A stretch of DNA of 64,000 nt from Candidatus Thorarchaeota archaeon (GTDB lineage: Archaea; Asgardarchaeota; Thorarchaeia; Thorarchaeales; Thorarchaeaceae), in NCBI GenBank assembly GCA_004524445.1, contig SDNP01000006.1:1-64000 (forward strand), given 5' to 3'. The notes under the pieces are model-generated. The model was not told the origin of the DNA and ran no database searches. It saw only the letters and a program-made list of their open reading frames with translations. The position numbers were made by a program, and so were the translations under genes. Of the stretch, positions 10,643 to 21,387 are shown one piece after another (the first letter of the stretch is position 1; every line of letters begins with the position of its first letter).

Positions 10643-11683
10643 GTGAATCTCTTGGCTGAAGACGACTACTATGACATTCTTGGAGTTAACAAGAGTGCTT
10701 CACAGGATGAGATAAAGCGTGCGTATAGAAAGCTAGCCAAGAAGTACCACCCAGACCGAAATCCTGACAGTACAGCTGAAGAGCGGTTAAAGAAAATCAA
10801 TGAGGCATATGACGTCTTAAGTGACCCGGAGAAGCGAGCAAATTATGATAGATATGGTGCTGCGGATTTCCAAGGTATAAACATGAACGGATTCGGTTCC
10901 ATTTTTGATGAAATCTTCAAGGGCTTCGGTGGTTTTGGCTCTGGTTTTCAGCAGAGAAGTGGGCCGAAACGTGGGGAAAATCTAAGGATTTCCATAAATC
11001 TATCCTTTGAAGAGGCGTTTTTTGGAGCTGAAAAGGAAATTGCCTTTGAAAGAAGGATTGCTTGTGAAACCTGTAAGGGAAGTGGTGCGGCTCCAGGTAC
11101 ATCTCCAGTTCGCTGCAAGACTTGCGGTGGAAGAGGACAGGTGATGCGGTCAATGGGCGGCTTCATGACTGTGTCACAGACTTGTCCTCATTGTCAGGGT
11201 CTTGGCGAGGTCATCGAAACGCCCTGCAAACACTGCAAAGGCACGGGACTTCAAACGGAGAGATTGGAGGTCAAGATTCCTATTCCCGCTGGTGTGGAGG
11301 ATGGCATGGGGCAACGAATCCGCGGCCATGGAAACGCAGGTCCGAGGGGAGGTCCTCATGGGGATCTTATTGTTATGTTCAATGTTGAGCCTCATGAAAA
11401 ATTTGTACGGCGAGGTCTGCATGTATATCTCGAACAAGACATTCCATTCTCAGTTGCTGTGTTAGGCGGTGAAGTTGAGGTCCCTACGATGCATGGGGCA
11501 TCAAAAATGAAGATAAAAGCCGGTACTGAAGGTGGTACCGTCCTCCGCATGAAGGGAAAGGGAGTTCACGCAGATGATGGCAGAAAGGGCGATCAACTGG
11601 TGCGTGTCAACATCCACATTCCCGAGAAGCTCTCAAAGGCACAGAAAGAATACCTTGGCGAATTTGGAGAGGTATTCGGTTAG
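10643..11683 (+). CDS. dnaJ: Chaperone DnaJ
   Basis: J domain with HPD, G/F-rich region, four CxxCxGxG repeats. Confidence 0.97.
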   Translation: MNLLAEDDYYDILGVNKSASQDEIKRAYRKLAKKYHPDRNPDSTAEERLKKINEAYDVLSDPEKRANYDRYGAADFQGINMNGFGSIFDEIFKGFGGFGSGFQQRSGPKRGENLRISINLSFEEAFFGAEKEIAFERRIACETCKGSGAAPGTSPVRCKTCGGRGQVMRSMGGFMTVSQTCPHCQGLGEVIETPCKHCKGTGLQTERLEVKIPIPAGVEDGMGQRIRGHGNAGPRGGPHGDLIVMFNVEPHEKFVRRGLHVYLEQDIPFSVAVLGGEVEVPTMHGASKMKIKAGTEGGTVLRMKGKGVHADDGRKGDQLVRVNIHIPEKLSKAQKEYLGEFGEVFG

Positions 11684-12249
11684 AAATCCAGAGGTTTGAC
11701 TATACATCCTCGCATTCTGAGCTCTGGAAATTTGTTAGTATTTGCAGGCTGTACAACCCATGCTGTATCTGCACCACGTCCTGTACCAGCTATCGTAACT
11801 ACATCGGCATCCACGGGAACCAGGCCCGCATCTGCTGCCATCAATGCTATCTCCGCGCAAACCTTAGTGCCCTGACCGAACGTTCGGTATACCACTGCGA
11901 AGAACTCGGCTGTAGTCCATGTACCAAACTGTTTTCGAATGCCTCTGTCAACGCCAGCGAATGCGTGTGTGCAGGTCAGAACCGAAGCTCCATTTTTCTC
12001 AATCTCTTTTCTGATTGACTCCTGCATTTCGTTTTCATTATCCATTACAAACCCGGTCTGGTGCGAAACAACGACGCATTTGTGATTGCTGAATTTCCTT
12101 GAAGCTGCTAAACCTGTATCTCCCTGAGTACTTGCAACAAGAACATGCTCAATTTCTGGATGCTCACTCAAAAACTCTTCAACATAATCGAGCGTTCTTT
12201 CAGTATGCTCAGGAGAGGCTTCTTTGAAGTAATGAGTTGTGAGTTTCAT
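11680..12249 (-). CDS. Pyruvate-kinase C-terminal-like domain protein (COG1751/MTH1675 type)
   Basis: [28 protein letters not shown] and GTGRGADTA motifs. The likely start is MKLTTHYF. Confidence 0.75.
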   Translation of the reverse strand: MKLTTHYFKEASPEHTERTLDYVEEFLSEHPEIEHVLVASTQGDTGLAASRKFSNHKCVVVSHQTGFVMDNENEMQESIRKEIEKNGASVLTCTHAFAGVDRGIRKQFGTWTTAEFFAVVYRTFGQGTKVCAEIALMAADAGLVPVDADVVTIAGTGRGADTAWVVQPANTNKFPELRMRGCIVKPLDF

Positions 12250-12307
12250 ACTGAGTATGTCTTGAGTGGGCGTATTTAGAATTAATGCCTCAGGGTCCAT
12301 TAGCTGC

Positions 12308-12751
12308 TCAAGAATCCTCTTTCTGCCATCTTCGGATAAGTGATTCTGCAAGGACAAATACAAAGAGAATAATCAGAGCAGGCCAGAAACCTATGCTGGT
12401 GCCTGGAATGGATGAAACAAACCAGGCGGCAATTATAATAACGATTACCGAGATCAGATAACGCAATACAGTCTTGATTATCTCTGACTTTTCAGGTTCA
12501 CGTTCCTCTATCTTGTGCGTTCTTTCGAACTCATCGGCGATTACTTGTGGTTCTCCCAAGTCCTCCAAAACCTCATGAGTGAGATGCATTCTACTTTCAG
12601 CAGGATGTCTGCTTGATTTGTCATTCAGCGACTCGTAGATATGCGCTCTCAAATCCTCTATCAGGTCCTCCGTTTCAAAAGTGTCAGGCAATTGGCTTCT
12701 CACATTTTTCAAATACTCTTCAATCATCCTATCACTCTCACTCTTACTCAT
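12308..12751 (-). CDS. HAAS/DUF1700-like membrane protein, partner of the PadR regulator
   Basis: EYLKNVRSQL..IEDLRAHI..LEDLGEPQVIA pattern plus two C-terminal TMs; directly downstream of the PadR gene. Confidence 0.7.
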   Translation of the reverse strand: MSKSESDRMIEEYLKNVRSQLPDTFETEDLIEDLRAHIYESLNDKSSRHPAESRMHLTHEVLEDLGEPQVIADEFERTHKIEEREPEKSEIIKTVLRYLISVIVIIIAAWFVSSIPGTSIGFWPALIILFVFVLAESLIRRWQKEDS

Positions 12752-13188
12752 TCTTTCAACGCCTCCAACTTCTCGAAAATATCTTCCAATATCATAGTTA
12801 ATTGACGATATACCCGGTCTCCCTCTCCCGTAAGGACGTAGACTTTCCTGCTGGGCCCAGACTCTGATTTCTCTGTATGAACATTAACTAATCGTTCTTT
12901 CTTCAACCGATGCAAAATCGGATAGAGAGTCCCTTCTTTTACTTCTAGCAATCCATCAGTTCGTTCTTCCAATTTGCGGGCAATGCCATATCCATGTATT
13001 CCTTCTGTGTTTTTCTTGACTATTGCAAGGACTGCATATTGAAGAATTCCTCTTCTCATTTCCACCTTCCACGAGTCTTCGAAATTGGAACTCTTCTTCA
13101 CGGTCACAGTCCTCTTTCCACTTACAAACGATTCAATTCTATTGCTGTCCTTAAGTTTGTCTGTTTCAAATTTGAAATTGATTTTCAT
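12748..13188 (-). CDS. PadR family transcriptional regulator
   Basis: HGYGI, EGTLYPILHRL and RKVYVLT motifs. Confidence 0.9.
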   Translation of the reverse strand: MKINFKFETDKLKDSNRIESFVSGKRTVTVKKSSNFEDSWKVEMRRGILQYAVLAIVKKNTEGIHGYGIARKLEERTDGLLEVKEGTLYPILHRLKKERLVNVHTEKSESGPSRKVYVLTGEGDRVYRQLTMILEDIFEKLEALKE

Positions 13189-13315
13189 ATCAATAGAAAG
13201 CGGATCAGGAATTATGTCAATTTCTAGCCAGAAGGCATTATTTGATTTGCTTCAATCCGTGACCGACATGATTATCAATTGCTTATGCACAAGTTCTTGC
13301 CAGTAGGAGTTATCA

Positions 13316-14425
13316 ATGCTAGAAGAGAAAATATACCGCGAACGCATTGAAAAAACATTGAATATGATTTCAAGAGGGAAGTTTGACCTTGTAATCCTTA
13401 CTCCATCTCCGAATTTCCAGTATATTGCTGGGTTTAGCTATGAAATGCGCGAGCGTCTTGTTGCACTTATTCTAGAGCCTGATTCTGAACCTCGCCTATT
13501 AGTACCTTTTTTTGAGGCTAGCGAACATGCTGACAACACTTGGATTGAAGAGATAATAACTTGGAATGAGGACGAGAACCCCTACGAGGTTCTAAGGAAG
13601 TCGCTGAATTCTGACAAGCAGTCATACCGGCTATTGCTTGATGATGCTACTCCTATGTCTGTCTACTGGGCACTTCAGCAAGCATTCGGTGATTTCGAGA
13701 GGGTAGATTCCATTTCACCATTTTTCGAGCAAATGCGGATTAGGAAGTCCGAGATAGAGATAGGAAGAATCAAACAGGCTGGGAGAATTATCGATGAAGC
13801 CGTGACAAAGGCATTCAGTGAGATGGAGCTTGGTAAATCAGAGCTATATATGAAGCAGCTCATAGTCAACGAAATACTCGAATTGGGTGGGCAGCCGACC
13901 TTTTTTGCTGTTCAATTTGGTGAGCGAAGTGCAATGCCCCATGCTCGACCCGATAGAGTACAATTGACTAAGAATGAGATTGTTCTCATTGATTGTGGAT
14001 GTTCAATTGACGGATACAATACGGACATGACCAGGGTAGGCATTGCTGGAGAACCATCCGCTGAGATATGCAAGGTCTATGACCTTGTCCTGAATGCAGA
14101 GCAGATGGCCATAGAGAATTTGAAGGCTGGTATGCAGTGTGGTACTGCAGATGGAATTGCACGTAGAATCATCGATGAGAATGGTTATGGTGGATTCTTC
14201 ACACATCGCCTGGGGCACGGCATTGGATTAGAGGTACATGAGCCTCCCTACATAGTTCGCGGAAATAGTCGTGAATTAGAAACGGGTATGACTCATAGCG
14301 TGGAACCAGGAGTCTATCTCGAGGGCAATTTTGGCATCCGCATTGAAGACTTAGTATGCATTAGGGATGACGGTGCAGAGGTACTTACATACTCTCCCCG
14401 AGATTTATTTGAAATTCCTATCTGA
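13316..14425 (+). CDS. Xaa-Pro peptidase (M24 family)
   Basis: DMTR, HRLGHGIGLEVHE, EPGVY and GIRIED metal-binding motifs. Confidence 0.93.
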   Translation: MLEEKIYRERIEKTLNMISRGKFDLVILTPSPNFQYIAGFSYEMRERLVALILEPDSEPRLLVPFFEASEHADNTWIEEIITWNEDENPYEVLRKSLNSDKQSYRLLLDDATPMSVYWALQQAFGDFERVDSISPFFEQMRIRKSEIEIGRIKQAGRIIDEAVTKAFSEMELGKSELYMKQLIVNEILELGGQPTFFAVQFGERSAMPHARPDRVQLTKNEIVLIDCGCSIDGYNTDMTRVGIAGEPSAEICKVYDLVLNAEQMAIENLKAGMQCGTADGIARRIIDENGYGGFFTHRLGHGIGLEVHEPPYIVRGNSRELETGMTHSVEPGVYLEGNFGIRIEDLVCIRDDGAEVLTYSPRDLFEIPI

Positions 14426-14428
14426 GCT

Positions 14429-15022
14429 TCACTCATCTGACTCTTCTTGCTTGTCCTTTGACATTATCTCATCAAGTTTCTTCCTATCTTCTTCAGATAG
14501 ATTCTGCATTGCCTCTGCTGACTGTTGGAGCATTTGACCAAATATAATCGAATAGAGCCCCGGGAGGGCTGATACTGTTTCCACCCTCTCTTCGAATTCT
14601 TGTTCTGCTAATTCCTTTGCCTCTCGCAAAGCCTCTTTTGTGACTTCATCCTCTCCCACACCAGGACAGTTCTTATCCGATACGTAAAACTTCTCACCGT
14701 TGAACTCTAGGGGATATGTTCTGCACGATATCGGTCTCGAGTATCTAATCAAGCATCCATTTGAATCTTCATGGTAAAAGAAGCATGCAGTCTGTTGATC
14801 ATCCTTTTCTAGAGGCTTTCTTCTTGTTTCTAGCCGCATTGTATCCTTTTCATTGTCAGGTAAGGATAGGGCCACTCCATTCAATATATTTTGCAGGTGT
14901 CCTTGAGTTGTCCAGCGAGATATATCGCCTATGGTCACATTGACGTATGGGCGAATATGGCATGAACGAGTAGTACATTTTTGTTCAAGACACTTGAAAC
15001 TGTACTTTTTCTTATCACTCAT
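14429..15022 (-). CDS. YkgJ/CxxCxxCC-family cysteine cluster protein
   Basis: FKC....C....C, then CFFY..GCLIRYSRPISCRTYP. Confidence 0.75.
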   Translation of the reverse strand: MSDKKKYSFKCLEQKCTTRSCHIRPYVNVTIGDISRWTTQGHLQNILNGVALSLPDNEKDTMRLETRRKPLEKDDQQTACFFYHEDSNGCLIRYSRPISCRTYPLEFNGEKFYVSDKNCPGVGEDEVTKEALREAKELAEQEFEERVETVSALPGLYSIIFGQMLQQSAEAMQNLSEEDRKKLDEIMSKDKQEESDE

Positions 15023-15197
15023 TATTCTATTCCCTCACTTGAATCTGCTTTTTTTCCTTGTCGATATTCTATTAATGCTTTCGAAGGCTGATTTGAGATA
15101 ACGGGACTAGATGTTCGTCTGAGGATTTTTTTCATTGACGGCTTTTGGCTGAAAGTTGTAATAACCCGTCTTGAGAACAGGCTTTGGAGTACATCAA

Positions 15198-15884
15198 ATG
15201 GCAACCATGAATGGCATTGCAAAGACATTGAATACGTGCAACAGGAACTAAATACTGACTATGATGGAATGACTTCGGAAGAAGCAAAAGTGCGTTCTGA
15301 GAAGTAGGGTATAGCAATAGATACAGCAAGCTTGCACAAACCTGGATATATAAGAGATGATAGTTTAGATAATGAGCGGGCATCGATGTGGTGTTTACAT
15401 ACTCTGCTTCTGAGCTCTTATCCAATGTCATCCCACGACCTCAAGGAGTTCAACCCAGTGCCGTTTCTGGGAGGATAACGCTCCTCCGTAGAAGACTGTA
15501 CAACCTACAATGAACGATAAAACGAGTTGCAAGAAACAGATGGTACAAGTCCACTTAAGATGTTTCTCAATCCGTTCGCAGATCATATGGTCATCATCTT
15601 TTATGTTGCAATTAACTTCTCTGTGATTACGGCCCTTTTGCTTGATTCCCATGAGAAAGGAGGCTTGATTGATGCAATCGTTATCACAGTAATTGTGATC
15701 TTTAATTTTGTTTTTGGATTTGTTCAGGGGTATAAGTCGGAAAAAGCCCTCGAGGCGTTAGAAGAAATGGTGTTTCCAAAGGGCACTCCGAAAAGTGATG
15801 ATTTTTGGAAAGAGGTTGATTTCTGCGAATCAGTTCCTGATTATCTCATTCAGTTAGGGAACGGTACGAAGATGAGCGATTGGC
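15198..15884 (+). pseudogene. Truncated, interrupted cation-transporting P-type ATPase (N-terminal fragment)
   Basis: One frame reads WHCKDIEYVQQELNTDYDGMTSEEAKVRSEK*G, then a ~210-bp insert, then NELQETDGTSPLKMFLNPFAD..FVQGYKSEKALEALEEM..VPDYLIQL. It has a frameshifted start and an in-frame TAG, and the P/N domains are absent. Confidence 0.8.
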
Positions 15885-16736
15885 CTAGCTCGGAAGCCTC
15901 TTTTCGAGCCAGTCCTCCATATCTTGGAGCACGCGCTCTTTGCCAATTTCTGTATGGAGCTCGTGGTAGAAGTCCTCATAGGAGAACCATGTCTTATCTG
16001 GAGAACCCAGGCGTTCATAGAATTCTCTGGTCTTTTCCGGGTCGACTAACTTATCATAACCTGCCTGTTGGATGAGCGAGGGTACTGTGATTTTTGGAGC
16101 TAGTCTATTAGCTCGATCTACCCCCCGCAGACACTCGATGCCCATTCGAGGAGTCACTTTGTCAAAGCGCAATGGGTCATTCTCATGATGTTTGACAACC
16201 TCAGGATCATGTGATAAGTATTCCAAATCGAGGTCGGTATCGATATATCGTTTAATATTGAGAATAGAGAGGATTTCACCTGCAATGCGCTTCCCTATTC
16301 CTATATCTAATGTCTGCGAAACAGCCGGACAAGAGAGCATCATTCCATCAATACTCTTTCCGTATTCTGCAGCATAGAGAATAACGATTAGGCCCCCTAA
16401 GGAATGCCCGAATGGAAAAACTAGATGCCTCGAATATTGGTCTCTAACTTGCATCACAACATTCTGCAAATCCTCAATATATTCGCTGAATTTCACAATA
16501 TGCCCTTTCCTACCAGGATAATGACCAAAACCTCTCATGTCCGGGGCAAACACAACAAAACCTCTCTCAGCGAAGTATTCTCCAATATTACGGAGATTCT
16601 GACCATGACTACTTAGTCCATGAACTGCAATGATTACGGCTCGAGCACTCTCATTATTCGTAGTCCAGACAGGCAGATGCATTCTAGTACCATCATATCC
16701 AATATATTGATTCTCATGATATTTCATGGTATACAC
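15885..16736 (-). CDS. Alpha/beta hydrolase, lysophospholipase/monoglyceride lipase type
   Basis: HGLSSH, DMRGFG, GHSLGG nucleophile, D..V and HELH. Confidence 0.9.
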   Translation of the reverse strand: MYTMKYHENQYIGYDGTRMHLPVWTTNNESARAVIIAVHGLSSHGQNLRNIGEYFAERGFVVFAPDMRGFGHYPGRKGHIVKFSEYIEDLQNVVMQVRDQYSRHLVFPFGHSLGGLIVILYAAEYGKSIDGMMLSCPAVSQTLDIGIGKRIAGEILSILNIKRYIDTDLDLEYLSHDPEVVKHHENDPLRFDKVTPRMGIECLRGVDRANRLAPKITVPSLIQQAGYDKLVDPEKTREFYERLGSPDKTWFSYEDFYHELHTEIGKERVLQDMEDWLEKRLPS

Positions 16737-16858
16737 ATAGGTACGGGTTAATCTAAGGGAATATTTGTGTTGGGGATATGATTGCCTGAAGTCTTCTAGA
16801 AACTAGGTATACGCTCTGCAATCAGACCTCAGGCCATTCAAATTTGCTATTTAAAGCA

Positions 16859-16891
16859 ACAAAAAAAGAAAACAGACCGGATACCCGGTCT
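16859..16891 (-). terminator. Hairpin + U-tract terminator after the 3-hydroxyacyl-CoA dehydrogenase gene
   Basis: AGACCGG-atac-CCGGTCT with an adjacent A-run on + (U-run on -). Confidence 0.6.
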
Positions 16892-16898
16892 TATGCTA

Positions 16899-17780
16899 TC
16901 AGAAAGTTAATGGCTCGGGTTTCTCACCTGAGTAATCGTAGAACCCCTTTCCTGCTTTCCTACCGACCCAACCAGCTCTCACCATTTTTCTCAGTAATGC
17001 AGGAGCTCGATATTTGCTGTCCTTGAATTCCTCAACGAAGTAATCAGAGATATACAACAAGGTATCCAAGCCCACGAAATCTGCAAGCGTGAGGGGGCCC
17101 ATTGGCCAATTCAAACCAAGTTTGATTGCCTTGTCCATATCCTCAACTGTCGCAACTCCTTCTTGAATGGCAAAAATAGCCTCATTGATTGCAGGCACCA
17201 GTAACCGATTTACTGCAAATCCAGGTGCTTCATTTACGAGGACGGTTTCCTTACCAAGCTTCTCCGAAACTTGTTCAATGGCATCTACAGTTTCGTCACT
17301 GGTTGCTGCGCCCTTGATAATCTCAACTAGCTTCATCACTGGCACCGGGTTGAAGAAATGCATACCAACAAATCTCTCAGGTGTCTTTGTAACTGAAGCC
17401 ATCTGTGTAATGCTGATGCTTGAAGTATTTGATGCTAGAATAGCATGTTCAGGTGCTTTCTCATCAACTTCCTTCCATGTCTTGAGTTTCAAATCGACAA
17501 TCTCTGGGACTGCCTCAATCACCAAGTCAGCATCCTTCACGGCATCATCCAAAGAAAGCGTCCCTTCTACGCGGCCCACGGTCTCTTCTACTTCTTCTTC
17601 GGTAATCTTTCCCTTCTTCAAACCTCGTTCAAGGTTCTTCCTTATCGTGTCCATGGCCTTGTCGATGAACTTCTGTTCAATGTCACGCATCTTGACTTGA
17701 TACCCTGCTTGAGCACAGACATGAGCGATCCCATTGCCCATCTGACCTGCACCAAGGACTGCTATTTTCTTGATCTCCAT
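16899..17780 (-). CDS. hbd: 3-hydroxybutyryl-CoA / 3-hydroxyacyl-CoA dehydrogenase
   Basis: GAGQMGNG, IEAVPE, ASNTSS, GMHFFNP and PMGPL motifs. Confidence 0.93.
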   Translation of the reverse strand: MEIKKIAVLGAGQMGNGIAHVCAQAGYQVKMRDIEQKFIDKAMDTIRKNLERGLKKGKITEEEVEETVGRVEGTLSLDDAVKDADLVIEAVPEIVDLKLKTWKEVDEKAPEHAILASNTSSISITQMASVTKTPERFVGMHFFNPVPVMKLVEIIKGAATSDETVDAIEQVSEKLGKETVLVNEAPGFAVNRLLVPAINEAIFAIQEGVATVEDMDKAIKLGLNWPMGPLTLADFVGLDTLLYISDYFVEEFKDSKYRAPALLRKMVRAGWVGRKAGKGFYDYSGEKPEPLTF

Positions 17781-18285
17781 TATTCTCATCCTCACTTCTG
17801 TGTGTGAGTGACAACTGAAGCTGCAGAAGGGTATGTAATATGTTTGACGCATTATACCGTACTTGGATTCCTCGCAGAATTAGTCACAAATTGTGTCTAC
17901 ATTCTGTGACCCTCTGTTGTGGCTCTGCATTATATACCTCTGTGAGCAGGTGCCTTTGTGAATATCGATGCCAATGAGTCAAATCACATCAATAATTTCC
18001 AAGAACACGAAACATACCAAGATGCAGTCAACTCGCGCGCTCGCATTTGCGTATTCTACGACCATACGCTGATTACACCAGTTTCAAGGATGCAGCGTCA
18101 ATGTATTCAGTTAGTGCTCACAAGACTGGTCACTTTGTCCCATTAATAGAATATGGGCTGACCATTCAATATTACTTTGAGATGAATATGATGGATGCCA
18201 GTAAGCAGACAATAAAGGGAAGCTCGCTAGCTGCAATTGGATCAAACGAAGCACATCAGATTATGGTCAATGCTTACCAATTTAA

Positions 18286-19743
18286 ATGGAGGCTTCTGAA
18301 GTGAGTAGGATTGCGAGTTTCTTTGGCTTAGATAAGGCGAATGCAGATGTCATGAGTCTCGCTAAGACATTGACAATGTTGTTACCGACATTCGCGGCCA
18401 TCAGTACGCTCTCTACAACCTTTCAGATGATTTTCATCGCAGAAGCAATGGGTGGTGGGTCGTATATTCAAGGCTTAACCCTAGTTGGGATTCTGGTTGT
18501 CATTCAAATGGTTGTTCAGACGGTATTAGATTATCCAACTGGTGCAATAGGAGATTGGGTAGGACAAAGATATGTGATAGCATCCTCATTGATTTGCTTT
18601 GCCATATCTTATTACTTCATATCCCTGGTGACCACTTCAACCTCCTTCTCTTTTCTCGTTCTCATCTACGTTATGCTAGGTTTCGGAAATTCTCAAGCCA
18701 GTGGAGCCTTCGACTCTTGGTTCGATAACAACTATCGCGTGGCGGTCCCTGGGGATGATGGCCGGAGACAATATGGGGTATTTATGGGCAAGGTGCAAAT
18801 GATGTACCAACTGGTCGCTACACTTGCCCTAATTCCCGGGAGTCTTGCCGCCACAGTATTGAGTAGGCCATGGGTGTTTCATATCCAAGCTGTGTCATTT
18901 CTCATAATGGCAATAATCGTACTGAGATTACTCAAGGACTTACCTAGTGTACGTGCCAAGGATAATGGACAAGCATCGCTATCGGAATACAAAGAAGTTC
19001 TCATTTCTGGAGTTCGTTTCCTCTTCAGTGATAATTACATAACACTGGTAATTATCGGGGGAGCTGTTCTTATGGCGGGAGGCATGGTCTGGAGCAATCT
19101 TATCTTATTTCCTATGTACTATAGCTATCTCAACACAGATGTTGCAGTGTCCAGCTTTCGGACTCTCCTATTCTTTCTCGGAATTCTTACTGGTGAACGT
19201 GCGGCTGCATGGTCTAAGAATTTCGAACCAAAAAAGTGGATTCCCCGATTTGCGATTCTTCAGAGTCTAGGCTTCATCTTTTATATGAGTTTTGCGGCAA
19301 TCACATTCTTCTTACCACCCGTAGATGGCAACGAAATGATGACGCTACTGCTTCCTGCAACTAATATTGTTCTACTTCAGTTACCAGTTGCATCTATCAT
19401 TCCTCTGGCGTTGATGACACTCACATTTACTACATGTGGTTTCTTCTCAGGGTTCTATTACATCCTTAGACAAAGAGAACTTCTGGATGTGATTCCTAAC
19501 AAGATACGTAATAGCTTGTACTCTCTGTCTCCTACAATTACGGTAATGATAGCTATCCCCCAGATTGCGTTCTTCGGGTGGCTAATTCCGGTCGGTGGGC
19601 TATCGATCACTCTAGCTCTCTCAGCTTTCATCTCTCTGGTCGGAGTTGTCATGATAAAGAGGGGTCTAGACTATCCTAAGCCTAGTGCTGATATCGAAAC
19701 AGAAGGGGAAAAATCCGAATTAGAGGCAGTTCTGGAAGCTTGA
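18286..19743 (+). CDS. MFS transporter
   Basis: About 12 TM helices with an MFS-like PTGAIGDWVGQR loop. Confidence 0.85.
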   Translation: MEASEVSRIASFFGLDKANADVMSLAKTLTMLLPTFAAISTLSTTFQMIFIAEAMGGGSYIQGLTLVGILVVIQMVVQTVLDYPTGAIGDWVGQRYVIASSLICFAISYYFISLVTTSTSFSFLVLIYVMLGFGNSQASGAFDSWFDNNYRVAVPGDDGRRQYGVFMGKVQMMYQLVATLALIPGSLAATVLSRPWVFHIQAVSFLIMAIIVLRLLKDLPSVRAKDNGQASLSEYKEVLISGVRFLFSDNYITLVIIGGAVLMAGGMVWSNLILFPMYYSYLNTDVAVSSFRTLLFFLGILTGERAAAWSKNFEPKKWIPRFAILQSLGFIFYMSFAAITFFLPPVDGNEMMTLLLPATNIVLLQLPVASIIPLALMTLTFTTCGFFSGFYYILRQRELLDVIPNKIRNSLYSLSPTITVMIAIPQIAFFGWLIPVGGLSITLALSAFISLVGVVMIKRGLDYPKPSADIETEGEKSELEAVLEA

Positions 19744-19917
19744 CACGGCTTCTTCGAGCTGCCTCCTTTTTTTGCTTCGCACAGAGCTTCCAGCTTATAG
19801 TGAGTTTGCAGTACGCAAATTTATTACTACAAACTTCTCTGCATGCCATGTTGTGATAAAATGGCACGTCGTCCTTCATTTCTGAATGTTAGATATTCTG
19901 GGACCGATCTGAACAAG

Positions 19918-20577
19918 ATGGACTATGAGAAACGTATCATGAAAGAGAATGATGTCAAATTCGATGATGAAGATGGCTCAATCGAACTGACAGATGTACG
20001 TCTAGTCTGGATTAAGAAACCATCACGATGGGGTGGCTTGAAAAAAGCCGGCGGAATTGCAGGAGCAATTGCAGGAGCTGTTGCAGCAGACGCAATAGGC
20101 AGTTCCATTGGTGGAGGTGCTGGGCGGGCAATCAGGCGAGCCGGTCGTGGATTGGCATATGCATCAATTGGTGCTGCAATATCTTCTTGGAGCAGGGACT
20201 CCTACATAAACAAAGACAAGAATGGTAACGCAGAAACAGTAGCGCTTCCTATTCTTGCAGTCAGTCAGGCTGCACAAAGCGGGAACAAGCTTGTCCTGCA
20301 ATTGAAGTCTGGCGGCAATATACAATTCCGTTTCAAGCAGAAGAAAGTAATTCCTTCAGTGATTGCAAATATAACTTCAGCCATGGACGAAGGAAAATGT
20401 CCATACTGTGGTGCAGGCACAGGCGGAGCAAACAAATGCTCCAACTGTGGTGCGGTATTAGAGGGCGGTGGCGGAGGCTCACCGTCGTCCGGTGGCGATG
20501 GTGCTTTCTGCACAAAATGTGGCCATCCAATTGAGTCTGGAGATCGTTTCTGCGGAAAATGTGGAAATCCTGTATGA
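19918..20577 (+). CDS. PH/GRAM-like domain protein with a Gly/Ala-rich insert and C-terminal zinc ribbons
   Basis: GSIELTDVRLVWI strand pattern, Gly-zipper-like segment, CPYCG..CSNCG and CTKCG..CGKCG. Confidence 0.7.
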   Translation: MDYEKRIMKENDVKFDDEDGSIELTDVRLVWIKKPSRWGGLKKAGGIAGAIAGAVAADAIGSSIGGGAGRAIRRAGRGLAYASIGAAISSWSRDSYINKDKNGNAETVALPILAVSQAAQSGNKLVLQLKSGGNIQFRFKQKKVIPSVIANITSAMDEGKCPYCGAGTGGANKCSNCGAVLEGGGGGSPSSGGDGAFCTKCGHPIESGDRFCGKCGNPV

Positions 20578-20637
20578 TACACTAGAGGGTGCTCTGGCTG
20601 GATAATAACCAGAGCCATCCTAGATTTTTCTCGATAG

Positions 20638-21387
20638 CTATTTGAAAAGAGTTTCATCCATTGGACGATTTATGTCATTTGCCGTTTCATTCCCGTCATC
20701 AAAAGAGAAGCCACTGATGACAGCAACTGGAATCCCCTCGCCTGCTTGACCCGTCACGAGCTCAGCCGCTGCTCCTAGTTCGTCCACTTGACACACTGTT
20801 GAACTCTGGAGTACTCGATTATGGAGATCTTTCTTTCCTTTATTGTATTTGAAAGCATTAATCCCAGAACAACCGACTGCAATGTTTGTTGCACCCAACC
20901 TCCAAGGCCTACCCTCTGTGTCAGTTATGATTACTGCTATCCTTTTCCCTGAGAGATTTTCCAGTATTGCACGTATACGCATGGCGCTTGCGTCGCTGTC
21001 AGACGGGAGCAAAACAAATGAATCCGGTGGTGCGTTTGAATGATCCACACCACTGAAATTGCATATCCTGCCCGAAGCAGTAACGGTAATCAATGCCCTA
21101 TCTTTTCTGAGAACCTCAGTACTCTCTTTCAGAGCTAGAGCTACCTGATGGGGGTCGAAGTCGTTTTTCTCTGCGATTCTCTTTGCTTCATCAGAGATGG
21201 ATATATCTTTTCTATTAACAATCCGTCCCTCTGCCTTTGATACTATGGTGTGAGCTATAACAACGATGTCCCCATTGGAGAGGTTCAGATTATTTGATTG
21301 AATTGTTTGATAGATGATTTCCCCCAAGTTATCTCCTGCTCGAATTAGAGGAATCCCCTCAAGAGGTTCTATTCTGACTGAGTTCAT
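20638..21387 (-). CDS. cofE: Coenzyme F420-0:L-glutamate ligase
   Basis: IVSKAEG, GVDHSN, VIITDTEGRPWR and GQAGEGIP motifs. Confidence 0.9.
   Translation of the reverse strand: MNSVRIEPLEGIPLIRAGDNLGEIIYQTIQSNNLNLSNGDIVVIAHTIVSKAEGRIVNRKDISISDEAKRIAEKNDFDPHQVALALKESTEVLRKDRALITVTASGRICNFSGVDHSNAPPDSFVLLPSDSDASAMRIRAILENLSGKRIAVIITDTEGRPWRLGATNIAVGCSGINAFKYNKGKKDLHNRVLQSSTVCQVDELGAAAELVTGQAGEGIPVAVISGFSFDDGNETANDINRPMDETLFK

Noticed and set aside
15305-15520. Archaeal BHB intron or pyrrolysine read-through restoring the ATPase
   Set aside because: No clear bulge-helix-bulge at the junctions, and the gene is frameshifted at its start and truncated, so splicing or read-through would not restore function.
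15527-16075. Intact 182-aa CDS
   Set aside because: Only the first ~120 codons match a P-type ATPase fragment; the rest is antisense read-through into the hydrolase gene.
17872-17909. Imperfect inverted repeat upstream of the hbd gene (CGCAGAAT..ATTCTGTG)
   Set aside because: Single imperfect occurrence with no second copy seen. It could be an operator, but the evidence is insufficient.
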